Source of the DNA: a virus | DNA: 47,094 nucleotides | IMG/VR virus record: IMGVR_UViG_2582581241_000004 | Strand: one strand, 5' to 3' | Shown here: positions 18,137 to 27,462 of the stretch, piece by piece | How the letters are laid out: each line of letters starts with the position of its first letter | Position numbering within the stretch: position 1 is the first letter of the stretch | Position numbers and translations under genes: made by a program | Notes under the pieces: generated by a model | The model's input: the letters and a program-made list of their open reading frames with translations, nothing else | What the model was told of the DNA's origin: nothing | Database searches by the model: none

Positions 18137-19719
18137 CCAACAGGCTCTATTATGGCGACAACCTCGGCGTCCTGCGCGAGTCGATCAAGGACGAGTCCGT
18201 CGATCTCGTCTACCTCGACCCTCCGTTCAATTCGAACGCCGGCTATAACGTCCTTTTCTCGACGCCGTCGGGCGAAAGGTCGCAGGCGCAGATCGAGGCG
18301 TTCGATGATACATGGCATTGGAACGAATCCGCCGAATTAGCCTTCGAAGAAGTGATGCGGAGCAATCATTCGGAGGCGGCAACGATGATCCGGGCGATGC
18401 GTTCCGCGCTCGGCGAGAACGACATGATGGCCTACCTCGCCATGATGGCCGTGCGCCTGATCGAACTGCACCGCGTCCTGAAGCCGATGGGGTCGCTCTA
18501 CCTCCACTGCGATCCGACGGCGAGCCACTACCTGAAATCGATCTTGGATGCGATCTTCGATCCGACAAACTTCGGGAACGAGATCATATGGAAAAGGCAG
18601 AATGCCAAGGGACTGGCGTTCACGAGGTTCGCGCGCAACCACGATGTGATCCTGCGATACACTCGCTCGGACAAGTGGACGTGGAACGCCCAATACACCG
18701 CGCATGATCCAGAATATGTTCGGCAATTCTACAAGTTCAAGGATGCCGACGGACGCGTCTACCGGCTGGCCGACCTGACCAACCCGAACAAGAACAGACC
18801 GAATCTGACCTACGAATTCCTCGGCGTAACCCGCGTTTGGCGTTGGACGAAAGACAGAATGCAGCAGGCCTACGACGACGGGATTGTCGTGCAAAACAAG
18901 CCGGGTCAGGTTCCATCGTTGAAGAGATACCTCGACGAGCAGGAGGGGAACCCGATCGACGACGTGTGGACCGACATCGTTCCCGTTCAGGCTCAGGCTT
19001 CGGAACGGCTCGGCTATCCGACTCAGAAACCCGTCGCACTGCTCGAGCGCATCATTTCAGCATCGTCCAATCCAGGCGACGTCATTCTCGATCCCTTCTG
19101 CGGGTGCGGGACGACGATACACGCCGCCCAGAAGCTCGGAAGGGAATGGATCGGCATCGACGTCACCCATCTCGCCGTCGCGCTGATCGAAAGACGGATG
19201 AAGGAGGCGTTCCCCGGCCTCAAATACGACGTGTTCGGCGTTCCGACCGACGCCGACGGCGCCAGGGATCTCGCCGAGCGCGACAAGCACGAATTCCAGA
19301 AATGGATCGTCGCCACCATCGGCGGCCAGCCCTACAAGGGCGGCAAGAAAGGCATGGATCGCGGCATCGACGGCTATCTGCATTTCCGCGACGCCGATCG
19401 CCAGCCCCAGTTCGCGATCATCAGCGTGAAGGGCGGCGGCATCAAATCCGGCGACATCCGCGATCTCAAGGGCACTATGGAACGCGAGAAAGCGGCGCTC
19501 GGGATCTTTCTCACGCTCAAGCCGCCGACACGGGAAATGCAGAAGGAGGCGGCCGCCGCCGGCTTCTACGAGACCGGCGGACGGAAATTCCCCCGCATCC
19601 AGATCCTCACCGCCGCCGACATAATCGACGACCGGCGCCCCCAGGTTCCCTTCGGATTCACGGAGTCGTTGAAGAAGGCGAAGGCGGAAACCGAGGGGAC
19701 GCAGGGAACACTGCTTTAG
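18133..19719 (+). CDS. Amino (N6A/N4C) DNA methyltransferase, beta class, with C-terminal Mrr-like domain
   Basis: LYYGDNL, YLDPPF, YPTQKP..LLERII, DPFCGCGTT; tail DRGIDG...IISVKGG. Confidence 0.88.
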   Translation: MTNRLYYGDNLGVLRESIKDESVDLVYLDPPFNSNAGYNVLFSTPSGERSQAQIEAFDDTWHWNESAELAFEEVMRSNHSEAATMIRAMRSALGENDMMAYLAMMAVRLIELHRVLKPMGSLYLHCDPTASHYLKSILDAIFDPTNFGNEIIWKRQNAKGLAFTRFARNHDVILRYTRSDKWTWNAQYTAHDPEYVRQFYKFKDADGRVYRLADLTNPNKNRPNLTYEFLGVTRVWRWTKDRMQQAYDDGIVVQNKPGQVPSLKRYLDEQEGNPIDDVWTDIVPVQAQASERLGYPTQKPVALLERIISASSNPGDVILDPFCGCGTTIHAAQKLGREWIGIDVTHLAVALIERRMKEAFPGLKYDVFGVPTDADGARDLAERDKHEFQKWIVATIGGQPYKGGKKGMDRGIDGYLHFRDADRQPQFAIISVKGGGIKSGDIRDLKGTMEREKAALGIFLTLKPPTREMQKEAAAAGFYETGGRKFPRIQILTAADIIDDRRPQVPFGFTESLKKAKAETEGTQGTLL

Positions 19720-19724
19720 CATCC

Positions 19725-20048
19725 CTACTCCGCCCTCATCGCCCTACAGACGGCCCGCTCCAGCCCGTCCTTCTCCGCCGCCTCGGCCTCCTCCTGCCAC
19801 CGCATGTTTCCCGGCGCGTCCTCGCCGCCGGCGCACAGCGGCTCGTCGTGGTCGATGACGTAGTCAGGACACGGGCCGGTGGTCAGCCCGGTGGACGGAC
19901 ACGGGTTGGCGCGGCGAAAGGCCTCCCGAGCGCGCCCGCTGCGGGACTGGCGGGCGTCGGCGGCGCCGAGGATCCCGACGATCCCGAGAAGGATGAAGAT
20001 GGCGCGGGTCGGAATATTCCGCCGCAAGGATCGGCACACCGATTCCAT
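19725..20048 (-). CDS. HNH-fold protein with predicted signal/membrane segment
   Basis: AIFILLGIVGILGAADA then F.R.NPCP.TG...CP.YVIDH.EPLCAGG.D...NM.WQ. Confidence 0.65.
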   Translation of the reverse strand: MESVCRSLRRNIPTRAIFILLGIVGILGAADARQSRSGRAREAFRRANPCPSTGLTTGPCPDYVIDHDEPLCAGGEDAPGNMRWQEEAEAAEKDGLERAVCRAMRAE

Positions 20049-20062
20049 GACTCCGCGCACGG

Positions 20063-20410
20063 CTACATGCGCGGTTCCATATCGATGTCCATTTCGAGAT
20101 CCTCGTCGATCTTCTTTTCCGCGTCGAGCACCGCGAGCGTCACCTGATGCGCGTAGAGCGCCTTGTAGCGCTCCTTCATCATCGGCAACCCAGACTTCTT
20201 CACCCACGCCATCAACTTCCGCACGAGATCGTCAGAGACCGGATATTTCCCGGCCATGACGCCATTCAGATACTGCGCGGAATAGCCGATCGCCTCGCCC
20301 ATCGCTGGCGCCCATCGCTGGCCGAAGAAGGCCTCGCCGATCCCCCTGATGGCCTCCTTCTTCTTTTCGTCCTTCTTTCCGTCGTCCACGACTCCATCCC
20401 CTTCGAACAT
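20063..20410 (-). CDS. XRE/Cro-like HTH regulator
   Basis: FFGQRWAPAMGEAIGYSAQYLNGVMAGK; divergent from the 20560 operon. Confidence 0.6.
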   Translation of the reverse strand: MFEGDGVVDDGKKDEKKKEAIRGIGEAFFGQRWAPAMGEAIGYSAQYLNGVMAGKYPVSDDLVRKLMAWVKKSGLPMMKERYKALYAHQVTLAVLDAEKKIDEDLEMDIDMEPRM

Positions 20411-20484
20411 ATGGCTTTCCAGTTATGAAAGGTGGCACGGGAGCAGGCTAATTTCAATAGCAAATATTTTTTCGAGGATCGCTA

Positions 20485-20513
20485 TTGCATTCGCTTATCG
20501 AATGCCTTACATT
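20485..20513 (+). promoter_or_regulatory. Sigma70-type promoter with an embedded palindromic operator
   Basis: TTGCAT-N17-TACATT; GCATTCG-CTTAT-CGAATGC spans the -35 and spacer. Confidence 0.6.
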
Positions 20514-20559
20514 CTGTCTCAGAAAGCCGAGGCGACGCCCTGGCTGTTAGAGGCGACAA

Positions 20560-22056
20560 ATGAGCATCGACGACACTCCCTCCACCCTCGCAATCGGACG
20601 CGCCGTCCTCGACGAGAATCTGATGCTCCGGTGTCAGATCGTCTCCGGCGGCGCCATCGGCCCCGGCACGATCCTGAAGGCCACCGGCTACGAGAAGACG
20701 CAACGAATCCCGTGGTCTGAGGATTCCCGATCCAATTCAGGACGTTCCGGGAGCGTGGGATACCGCCTCGAGGCGGACGCGCTCTATGCGCTCCAGCGAA
20801 TCGCCATCGGTTCCTCGAAGGCCGCCGACTTCTGGCTGTCGACCTTCGGCGCGCCGCGACTGCTCGAACGGAAGGAATTCGACGAGCAGCGCGAGTTGTT
20901 GTGGGCCGACCAGTTCGCCGAGGTCCTCCGTCGTCGCATGGAGTTGGCGCGCAGCAACGACATCCGTGACCAGGAGCAGAGACGCGTCCTGGGAGCCCTC
21001 CCGAAGCTGCGGGGCACCGAAAAGCAGATCGCTTGGGCGTCCGATCTCCGCAGGGCTTGGGCACTCGAACTCGTTACCGGCTTCGCGGCGCAGGTCGAAG
21101 CCGAAGAGCGCGGAATCTACGCCGACAGGGTATTCCGGATGGCGCCGGACAGATATGCGGTTTCCGCCGTCACCGGCGCCGGCGGCGACACGCCGGAGGG
21201 GCGCGGCGCGATCATCGACGCGGTAAAGAAGGCCGATCAGGCGAAGTTCTGGATCGACAACCGCGGCGGATTCTCCACCGTCCTCGACGCCGTAATGAAG
21301 GCCGCCGAGCCGGTCCCCGAGGAGGAGATCGTCAGGATCGCCGCCACCGCTCGCCGCGAGCTCGAGGCCAAGGCCGAGGCGACGCTGTCTCCCGAGGATC
21401 CGGACACGACGATCCTCACCGAGATCACGCTCGACGGGAAGGAGCTTCGCGTCAAGTCGGAAGCCTACATCGAGGGGCTGGGCGATGTCCTGAAGCCGCT
21501 CGGTTTCGCGTGGGACAAGGACGCGCGCCGCTGGTCGCGGAAGCTCGGTGCCCTTTCCGACGACCCGATCGACAGGATCGCCGAGACGGCTGCGAAGCTC
21601 GTCGACGCCGGGATGCCGGCGCTGACTTGGGACGAGGAGGCTCGCAGGCGCGTCGTCGCCAATTCCTGGAAGCCCGAAATCCGCAAATGGATCCACGCCT
21701 ACATCGGCAAGAAGGGCTCCACGAAGTTCGGCGTCGTCTATCCCTACGACGAGAACCACTACGAGCAGGCGCGGCGACTGCGCGGCGCGGAATACGTCTC
21801 CAGCGGATTCTTCAAGGTCCCCGTCTCCTCTTACGAAGAGATCGTCGACTTCGCCGAGCAATACGGGTTCGGATTCACCCCTGGCGCCCGCCAACTGATC
21901 GACGCCGCGCGCGCCGCCGACGGCCATCGCATCACGGTGGCGCCGGCCATTCCGGAAATCGCCGTTGCCGCATCCATGCCCGATGTGCCGCTGCCGCTGG
22001 CCGTTCCGACGGACGTGACTATCGACCCCGACCTGCTGGACGACGCGGCGGCGTGA
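20560..22056 (+). CDS. Hypothetical protein (L.GTEKQIAWA motif; possible HARP-like segments)
   Basis: GAGG RBS; LRGTEKQIAWASDLR, AKFWIDNR, GFAWDKDARRW. Confidence 0.65.
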   Translation: MSIDDTPSTLAIGRAVLDENLMLRCQIVSGGAIGPGTILKATGYEKTQRIPWSEDSRSNSGRSGSVGYRLEADALYALQRIAIGSSKAADFWLSTFGAPRLLERKEFDEQRELLWADQFAEVLRRRMELARSNDIRDQEQRRVLGALPKLRGTEKQIAWASDLRRAWALELVTGFAAQVEAEERGIYADRVFRMAPDRYAVSAVTGAGGDTPEGRGAIIDAVKKADQAKFWIDNRGGFSTVLDAVMKAAEPVPEEEIVRIAATARRELEAKAEATLSPEDPDTTILTEITLDGKELRVKSEAYIEGLGDVLKPLGFAWDKDARRWSRKLGALSDDPIDRIAETAAKLVDAGMPALTWDEEARRRVVANSWKPEIRKWIHAYIGKKGSTKFGVVYPYDENHYEQARRLRGAEYVSSGFFKVPVSSYEEIVDFAEQYGFGFTPGARQLIDAARAADGHRITVAPAIPEIAVAASMPDVPLPLAVPTDVTIDPDLLDDAAA

Positions 22057-22114
22057 GTCCGCTGCGGCCAACGACAATTTCGAGTTTCGCGTAACGAGTA
22101 AAGGAGTCCAATCA

Positions 22115-22546
22115 ATGCAGTTTATCGAGCATCTCACCATCACGACGGGCCACACGCGCATGTCGCCGCGCTCCGAGGTGGACGACAAGATCATCCAATT
22201 CATCAGCGACTCCATCGCGTCGGGCGGCGCTCTGGGCGTCGATTGGGCGATCGAAATGATCCGTTCCGACGGCGCCGGATATGTCTTCGACATCCTCTGG
22301 CGTGGCAATCATGCCATCAGATCCTGGATGTGCCTCGACGCCGCTGCGTCCGACAGGATGTGGGCCGAGGCCAACAGCGAAGACCTGATCCTGTTCGCCG
22401 GAACGCCGAAGCAGCCGCGCACCGCGCCGTGGCTCGCCGTCGCGATGACGTGGGACGCGTTGAGAATGCCCTTCAAAATTCAAGCCCAGGCCGGCGATCT
22501 CGAGCGCTGCGTCGCGTGGACCCTCATCGAGTCGCGGGCGCACTGA
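22115..22546 (+). CDS. Hypothetical protein
   Basis: AAGGAG RBS. Confidence 0.6.
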   Translation: MQFIEHLTITTGHTRMSPRSEVDDKIIQFISDSIASGGALGVDWAIEMIRSDGAGYVFDILWRGNHAIRSWMCLDAAASDRMWAEANSEDLILFAGTPKQPRTAPWLAVAMTWDALRMPFKIQAQAGDLERCVAWTLIESRAH

Positions 22547-24000
22547 TGACCTGGACATCGACCACCGCGCTCATGGCGCACCAGATCGATGCCGTCGCGA
22601 AGCTGATTCCGACGCGCATCGGCGCCCTCTTCGCCGATCTCGGAACGGGGAAGAGCCGCATCCTGCTGGAGCTCGCCCGCCTTCGGCAACTGAAATTCAA
22701 CTATCTCGTCTGGTTCTGCCCCGTCAGCGCGATGGAGAACACCCGCCGTGAGATCCTCAAGCACACCGACATTCCCGCCGACATGATCTACGTGTTCGGT
22801 CCGAAGACGAACGTGGAGACCATTCCACTCGACCGCTGCGTCTACATCGTCGGCATCGAGTCGATGCAGTCGTCGAACCGCATCTTTCGCGCCGTCGACA
22901 AGCTCATCACCGAGCAGAGCTACGTCGCCGTCGACGAGAGCACGTATATCAAGGGCGCCTTCTCCCGCAGGACGAAGCGCATCACGGGCCTTTCCGAGCG
23001 CGCCCGTTATCGCTGCGTGATGACCGGCACGCCGCTGACGCAGGGCGCCGTCGATCTCTACGCCCAGATGCGTTTCCTCTCTCCGAAGATCCTCGGCTAC
23101 CAGTCGTTTGGCGCCTTCGGCGCAAATCACCTCGAATATCGGATGGTCCGCATGCCGGGCCGGCGCAATCTGGTCCGCACCGATCATGTCGTGCGGGCTC
23201 ACAATGTCGAGTATCTCGCCGCCAGGATCGCTCCTTATACGTATCAGATCCGAGCCGAAGAATGCCTCGATCTGCCCGGCGCGATCCACGAGACCCGCTG
23301 GTTCGCCATGACCAAGGCGCAGCGCCGTCTCTATGAGCAAGTGAAGGAACAGATCCTCCGCGAGGAGGAAGAGAACATGATGAATCCGATGAATTCCATC
23401 TGGATCTTCAGGCTGTTCTCCGCCCTCCAGGCCGTCATCTGCGGATACCACGGGATTTCCAAGCAGGAAATGGTGCGCGTCGAGCACGATCGCGTCGAGA
23501 ACATGCTCGCCGTCATCTCCGAAATCCCCGAGGACGAGCGCATCGTCGTCTGGAGCAAATACCTCCCGGCGGCCGCCGACATCAAAGCGGCGCTGGAAAA
23601 CCGCTACGGCGCCGGATGCGTCGCCACCTTCACCGGTCCGACGGCGAACACCCGCGAATCCGAGCTCGCGGAATGGAAGGACGGGAAGCGTCGCTTCCTC
23701 GTCGCCACGCAGCAATCCGGAAGCCACGCGCAAACGTGGATCGAGGCGGCCTTCGTCATCTTTTACGCCGATGGATTCAAATTCAGCGAACGCGAGCAGG
23801 CCGAGAAGCGAACGATGCGCTTCGGACAGACTCGGAAGGTCCGCTACGTCACGCTGCGCTGTTCCGACAGCATCGACGAGAAGATCGGATCCGCGATCGG
23901 CGGCAAGCGCGACACGCTGAGGGAGTTCAAGCGCCAGGTCGATGTCTACCGGGCGCAAGGACTCAAGGCGAAGATCGTCGAAGCGATCAAATCCCTGTAA
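22546..24000 (+). CDS. SNF2-family helicase/ATPase
   Basis: ATG 22546; HQ..AV, FADLGTGKS, VAVDEST.IK, MTGTP, DLYAQ.RFL, QAEKR..R.GQ. Confidence 0.88.
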   Translation: MTWTSTTALMAHQIDAVAKLIPTRIGALFADLGTGKSRILLELARLRQLKFNYLVWFCPVSAMENTRREILKHTDIPADMIYVFGPKTNVETIPLDRCVYIVGIESMQSSNRIFRAVDKLITEQSYVAVDESTYIKGAFSRRTKRITGLSERARYRCVMTGTPLTQGAVDLYAQMRFLSPKILGYQSFGAFGANHLEYRMVRMPGRRNLVRTDHVVRAHNVEYLAARIAPYTYQIRAEECLDLPGAIHETRWFAMTKAQRRLYEQVKEQILREEEENMMNPMNSIWIFRLFSALQAVICGYHGISKQEMVRVEHDRVENMLAVISEIPEDERIVVWSKYLPAAADIKAALENRYGAGCVATFTGPTANTRESELAEWKDGKRRFLVATQQSGSHAQTWIEAAFVIFYADGFKFSEREQAEKRTMRFGQTRKVRYVTLRCSDSIDEKIGSAIGGKRDTLREFKRQVDVYRAQGLKAKIVEAIKSL

Positions 24001-24015
24001 ATAAAAGGAGTATGA

Positions 24016-24462
24016 ATGATGTTTGTGTTTTCGAACATGGGCCAAAAGCTCGTCGATACGAGCTACTGGGCGAGTGAACACGCGCTGATGGGGTTTGTCT
24101 ACATCAGCGTAAACGCCGGAGCGGCTCGATTGCTGCTGCCGCGCGTGCAGGAATCGCATCTTCCGGACATCGGATCCGCGAATGAGGTCGTCATTTCATT
24201 CGCGAGCCGGTTCGATCCGCGCAAGGATCCGAGCATCGAAATCATGTTCGACGACGGATCGGCGAATCCGTTCTGCCTCTTCATTTCTCGCGATCAATGC
24301 GACTGCTGGGCCAGCCTTTCAGCCGCGAAATCCATCCCCTTCTCGGTCGTGACGCAGGGGAATGGAGAAGTGTTCGCCTGCGAGGCGAAAGTCCGCAAGG
24401 TCCGCAGAATCCCGTGCCTATTGCCGTGGAATGCCTCGCACGCGAATTCGGTTCGGAGGTGA
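24016..24462 (+). CDS. Hypothetical protein
   Basis: AAGGAG RBS; TSYW.SE, S.NAGA.RLLLP, E.MFDDG...PF. Confidence 0.65.
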   Translation: MMFVFSNMGQKLVDTSYWASEHALMGFVYISVNAGAARLLLPRVQESHLPDIGSANEVVISFASRFDPRKDPSIEIMFDDGSANPFCLFISRDQCDCWASLSAAKSIPFSVVTQGNGEVFACEAKVRKVRRIPCLLPWNASHANSVRR

Positions 24463-24464
24463 TC

Positions 24465-24899
24465 ATGACCACTATCAAATCCATTCAGGCACGCGCCGAA
24501 TATTTCGGCTTTCCGACCAAGGCATGGTTCAAGGGCGACAAGATGCGCCTCTACTGCGATGCCGAACGCCGCGACATGAAGGTCTATCTCGAACTCGAAG
24601 GCGATTCGAAGGACGAAATCACCGGCGGCGCTTATAGGGTCTTCTGCTCGACGGAGCAGCACCCGAACTGGATCCGCTCGCAGGTGAAGGAATACCGCGA
24701 GCGCTTCATGCCGGTCTTCTACGCCTACATCATCGAACAATATCGCAACGTAGACCTCTCCGGATACGGCGAAGATCTCCGCGATCTGGTCGATACGTCC
24801 ATGGCATTTCTTCACGACTTCGAGTCGCGCGAGCCCGCCAGCGAAGCGGACGAAGCGGAAGCCACCGACGAATCCATCGAGGGCAAGGCCGATGCGTGA
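24465..24899 (+). CDS. Hypothetical protein
   Basis: GGAGGT RBS, ATG 24465. Confidence 0.6.
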   Translation: MTTIKSIQARAEYFGFPTKAWFKGDKMRLYCDAERRDMKVYLELEGDSKDEITGGAYRVFCSTEQHPNWIRSQVKEYRERFMPVFYAYIIEQYRNVDLSGYGEDLRDLVDTSMAFLHDFESREPASEADEAEATDESIEGKADA

Positions 24900-24905
24900 A
24901 TCTAT

Positions 24906-25196
24906 TCAGCGATCCTTGGTCGGCGCTCGCACTTTCTTTGCCGTGGACTTCTTCGGCGGCGCCTTTTTGGCGGGCGCCTTTCGGATCACGGCCTTCTTCG
25001 ACATCGGAGCCTTCACGGGCTCCGGCTTCCGGGCGGCGGCGATGATTGCTTCGCGGCGTTGCAGTTCGGACTCGACGGCTTTTCGTATGAAAGCCGTTCT
25101 CTCCTCGTCCTCGGCAAGCACGGCGGATATCCGGTCGACGGTCCCTTCCGGGAAACGTCCAAGTATGTCCTCCGAGAACAACTTCTTTCGACCCAT
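24906..25196 (-). CDS. Ribbon-helix-helix-like DNA-binding protein with basic tail
   Basis: ATG 25196; MGRKK...RFPEGT.DRI.A.L...E.RT.FIR.AVE.EL.RRE, then K/A/P-rich tail. Confidence 0.65.
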   Translation of the reverse strand: MGRKKLFSEDILGRFPEGTVDRISAVLAEDEERTAFIRKAVESELQRREAIIAAARKPEPVKAPMSKKAVIRKAPAKKAPPKKSTAKKVRAPTKDR

Positions 25197-25218
25197 TCCC
25201 CTCACCCCGTCATTTTTT

Positions 25219-25261
25219 CTTATATAGGTTATTGACGCTTCCAATGTCAATCTTATATAAG
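25219..25261. promoter_or_regulatory. Overlapping divergent promoters with two CTTATATA(A/G)G boxes
   Basis: Minus strand TTGACA-N17-CTATAT (25250 to 25222); plus strand TTGACG 25232 with TATAAG 25256; boxes at 25219-25228 and 25252-25261. Confidence 0.65.
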
Positions 25262-25297
25262 ATATCGATGCCGCCGACGGACGAAGGAGCCGGAACG

Positions 25298-25480
25298 ATG
25301 TGCACTCATTCATACTCATACACCGTCAACTTCCGCACGATCGAAGGAGAGACGCACTCGAAGGTCTTCGTCGACGACCTCGCCGCTGCGGAATCCTATG
25401 CGACAGAACTGTCGTCGTGCATCGACGTCGATGTCGAATCCATCGAGATCGACGAGCAGGAACTGCTTGGAAATCGCTGA
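25298..25480 (+). CDS. Small acidic hypothetical protein, first gene of the Cas-containing operon
   Basis: AAGGAG RBS, ATG 25298. Confidence 0.55.
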   Translation: MCTHSYSYTVNFRTIEGETHSKVFVDDLAAAESYATELSSCIDVDVESIEIDEQELLGNR

Positions 25481-25493
25481 AACGGACGCCGCC

Positions 25494-26396
25494 ATGATCC
25501 ACCTCGGTCTCACGATCCCCGAAAAGAAGGCCCGCATCGAGGCCTACTGCCGAGAGAACGGCGTCGATCACGTCGTCATGCTCTCGCCGGCCAAGTTCGC
25601 CTTCGAGGTGGACGCGCCGCGCTTCAAGAGCGTCGATTGGCCTGAGACGATCATGTATCGGACGTTCTACCCCTTGCTCAAGGAGATCGACGCCAACACG
25701 CTCGTCGTCGTCAACGAGAGCCTGCGCGATCGCAACCGCAATTGCCTCACCTACAATTGCATGCGGCATTTCCTGTCGCAGACCCGGCGCGTCCTCGTCT
25801 TCCAGTGGCTGCCGCTGATCGAGGACATGAGCGACTTCATGATCCTCTTCGACCTGGCCACCAGTAGCCTCCGAAAGGCGTTCCCTTACGGCACGGATCT
25901 CCTTTCCGAGGTGGAGATCGAGATCGTCGATAGGACGCCCTTCTTCGCCGGCGTCCCTGTCGAGACGGACGCGAAGACCAAGGCCAAATACGCAGCCGAG
26001 CGCGAGAAGATGTTCGCAAACCTCGGCATGGGCGATCCGCACACGATCCCGCGCAATCTCTACCTCATCGGCGGGAAGGCCAAGGCAGCAGCGGCGCCAA
26101 AGACGGCGATCGTCGCGCGCAACTCGCGGCTCAAGATCGACCGGTTGGCGACGTTCCGCCAGGACGCCTATCCGGACGGCCCCTACGCAATGCTGGAGCT
26201 GCCGCACGTCTTCATGGACTTCGCCGATTTCTCGGCGCTGTCGGGGCAGACGGAATTCGACGTGATGCTCGCCGATCTCAAGGTCGACGACTGGTATTTC
26301 CGGCGCTTCAACGCCTGGTCGAAAAGGATCCAAGATGGCTACCGCGATCTACGACAGTTCGGTGGACGTTCTCACGGCCGCGCGCAAGCGGCTTGA
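25494..26396 (+). CDS. Hypothetical protein, possibly an inactivated SF2 helicase-like domain
   Basis: LVVVNES (DExx-like) and F..LP.I.D..DF.IL; no Walker A seen. Confidence 0.5.
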   Translation: MIHLGLTIPEKKARIEAYCRENGVDHVVMLSPAKFAFEVDAPRFKSVDWPETIMYRTFYPLLKEIDANTLVVVNESLRDRNRNCLTYNCMRHFLSQTRRVLVFQWLPLIEDMSDFMILFDLATSSLRKAFPYGTDLLSEVEIEIVDRTPFFAGVPVETDAKTKAKYAAEREKMFANLGMGDPHTIPRNLYLIGGKAKAAAAPKTAIVARNSRLKIDRLATFRQDAYPDGPYAMLELPHVFMDFADFSALSGQTEFDVMLADLKVDDWYFRRFNAWSKRIQDGYRDLRQFGGRSHGRAQAA

Positions 26397-27462
26397 GTTC
26401 GTCTTCGACAATTTCAGGGAGGTCCACGTCTCGATCTCCGGCGGCAAGGATTCGACCGTCCTCGCCCATCTCGCGCTGATCGAGGCGAGGAAGCGCAATC
26501 GCAAGGTCGGCCTGTTCTTCCTCGATGAGGAGGTCGTCTACGAAAGCACGGTCCGCCAGATCGAATATCTGATGGAGCTTTACCCGGAGAACACCAACCG
26601 GCTGTGGCTCCAGATCCCGTTCTGTTTGACCAACGCCGTCTCTCTGACGGAAGGCCAGCTCGTCGCCTGGGAGCCCGGCCGCCACAAGGACTGGATGCGC
26701 CCGAAGAAGGCCTATTCGATCCACGCCGCCCCTTGGGACCGCGAGAAGCAGACCGTCGGCAATAAGTCGAAGGGCTTTGGATTCTACGATGTCATCGAGA
26801 ATTGGGAACGCTGCCATTCCGGCGTCGCCTATCTCGTCGGGATGCGCGCGACGGAACACACGAATCGCTGGCTGGCCGTCGTGCAGCACCCAGTCGATGT
26901 CGGCGGCGAGATGGTCCATTGGGCGACGAAGAACGGCGCGAACGTGAATTTCAACCCGCTCTACGATTGGCAATACTGGGACGTCTGGAAATACATCCAT
27001 CAGGAGAATCTCCGATATTCCCGCGTCTACGACTGGCAGTTCCGCAAGGGCACGCCGTTCCATCAATGCCGTGTCTCGTCGCTGATCCATGAGAAGAGCT
27101 TCCGCTCGCTCTGCGACCTGCCTGAGTTCGAGCCGAAGACCTACGAGCGGCTCTGCGAGCGGATCAAGGGCATCTCGTTCGCGTCCGAGACCGGCAAGGC
27201 GTCGCGCATGTTCGGCGTCTCCAAGCTGCCGAAGAACTACGACTCATGGCGCGGATATCGGGACTTCCTTCTCGCGACGTATCCGGACGCGGAGAAGAAA
27301 GGGATCTTCGTGAAGCGCTTCGCGAAGCATCTCGACAACGACTACGTGGCCCGCCAGCAGTGCCGCCAGCTCGTCCTCAACGACTACGAGAACAATCTTC
27401 CGATCGCGAACAAGGAAGATCCTCGCGTCGCCCTCATCCAATACTATCGGGAGAACCTGTGA
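26335..27462 (+). CDS. ibrA: PAPS reductase (CysH/DndC superfamily), IbrA-like
   Basis: V..AAR.RL...FDNF..V.VSISGGKDS (PP-loop), FFLDEE, VGMRA.E..NR, PLYDW...DVW.YI, Y..VYD, RVS. Confidence 0.8.
   Translation: MATAIYDSSVDVLTAARKRLEFVFDNFREVHVSISGGKDSTVLAHLALIEARKRNRKVGLFFLDEEVVYESTVRQIEYLMELYPENTNRLWLQIPFCLTNAVSLTEGQLVAWEPGRHKDWMRPKKAYSIHAAPWDREKQTVGNKSKGFGFYDVIENWERCHSGVAYLVGMRATEHTNRWLAVVQHPVDVGGEMVHWATKNGANVNFNPLYDWQYWDVWKYIHQENLRYSRVYDWQFRKGTPFHQCRVSSLIHEKSFRSLCDLPEFEPKTYERLCERIKGISFASETGKASRMFGVSKLPKNYDSWRGYRDFLLATYPDAEKKGIFVKRFAKHLDNDYVARQQCRQLVLNDYENNLPIANKEDPRVALIQYYRENL

Noticed and set aside
26335-27462. Sulfate-assimilation cysH or a complete Dnd phosphorothioation system
   Set aside because: No cys pathway or dndA/B/D/E genes are present; pairing with a ParB gene fits IbrA/IbrB instead.
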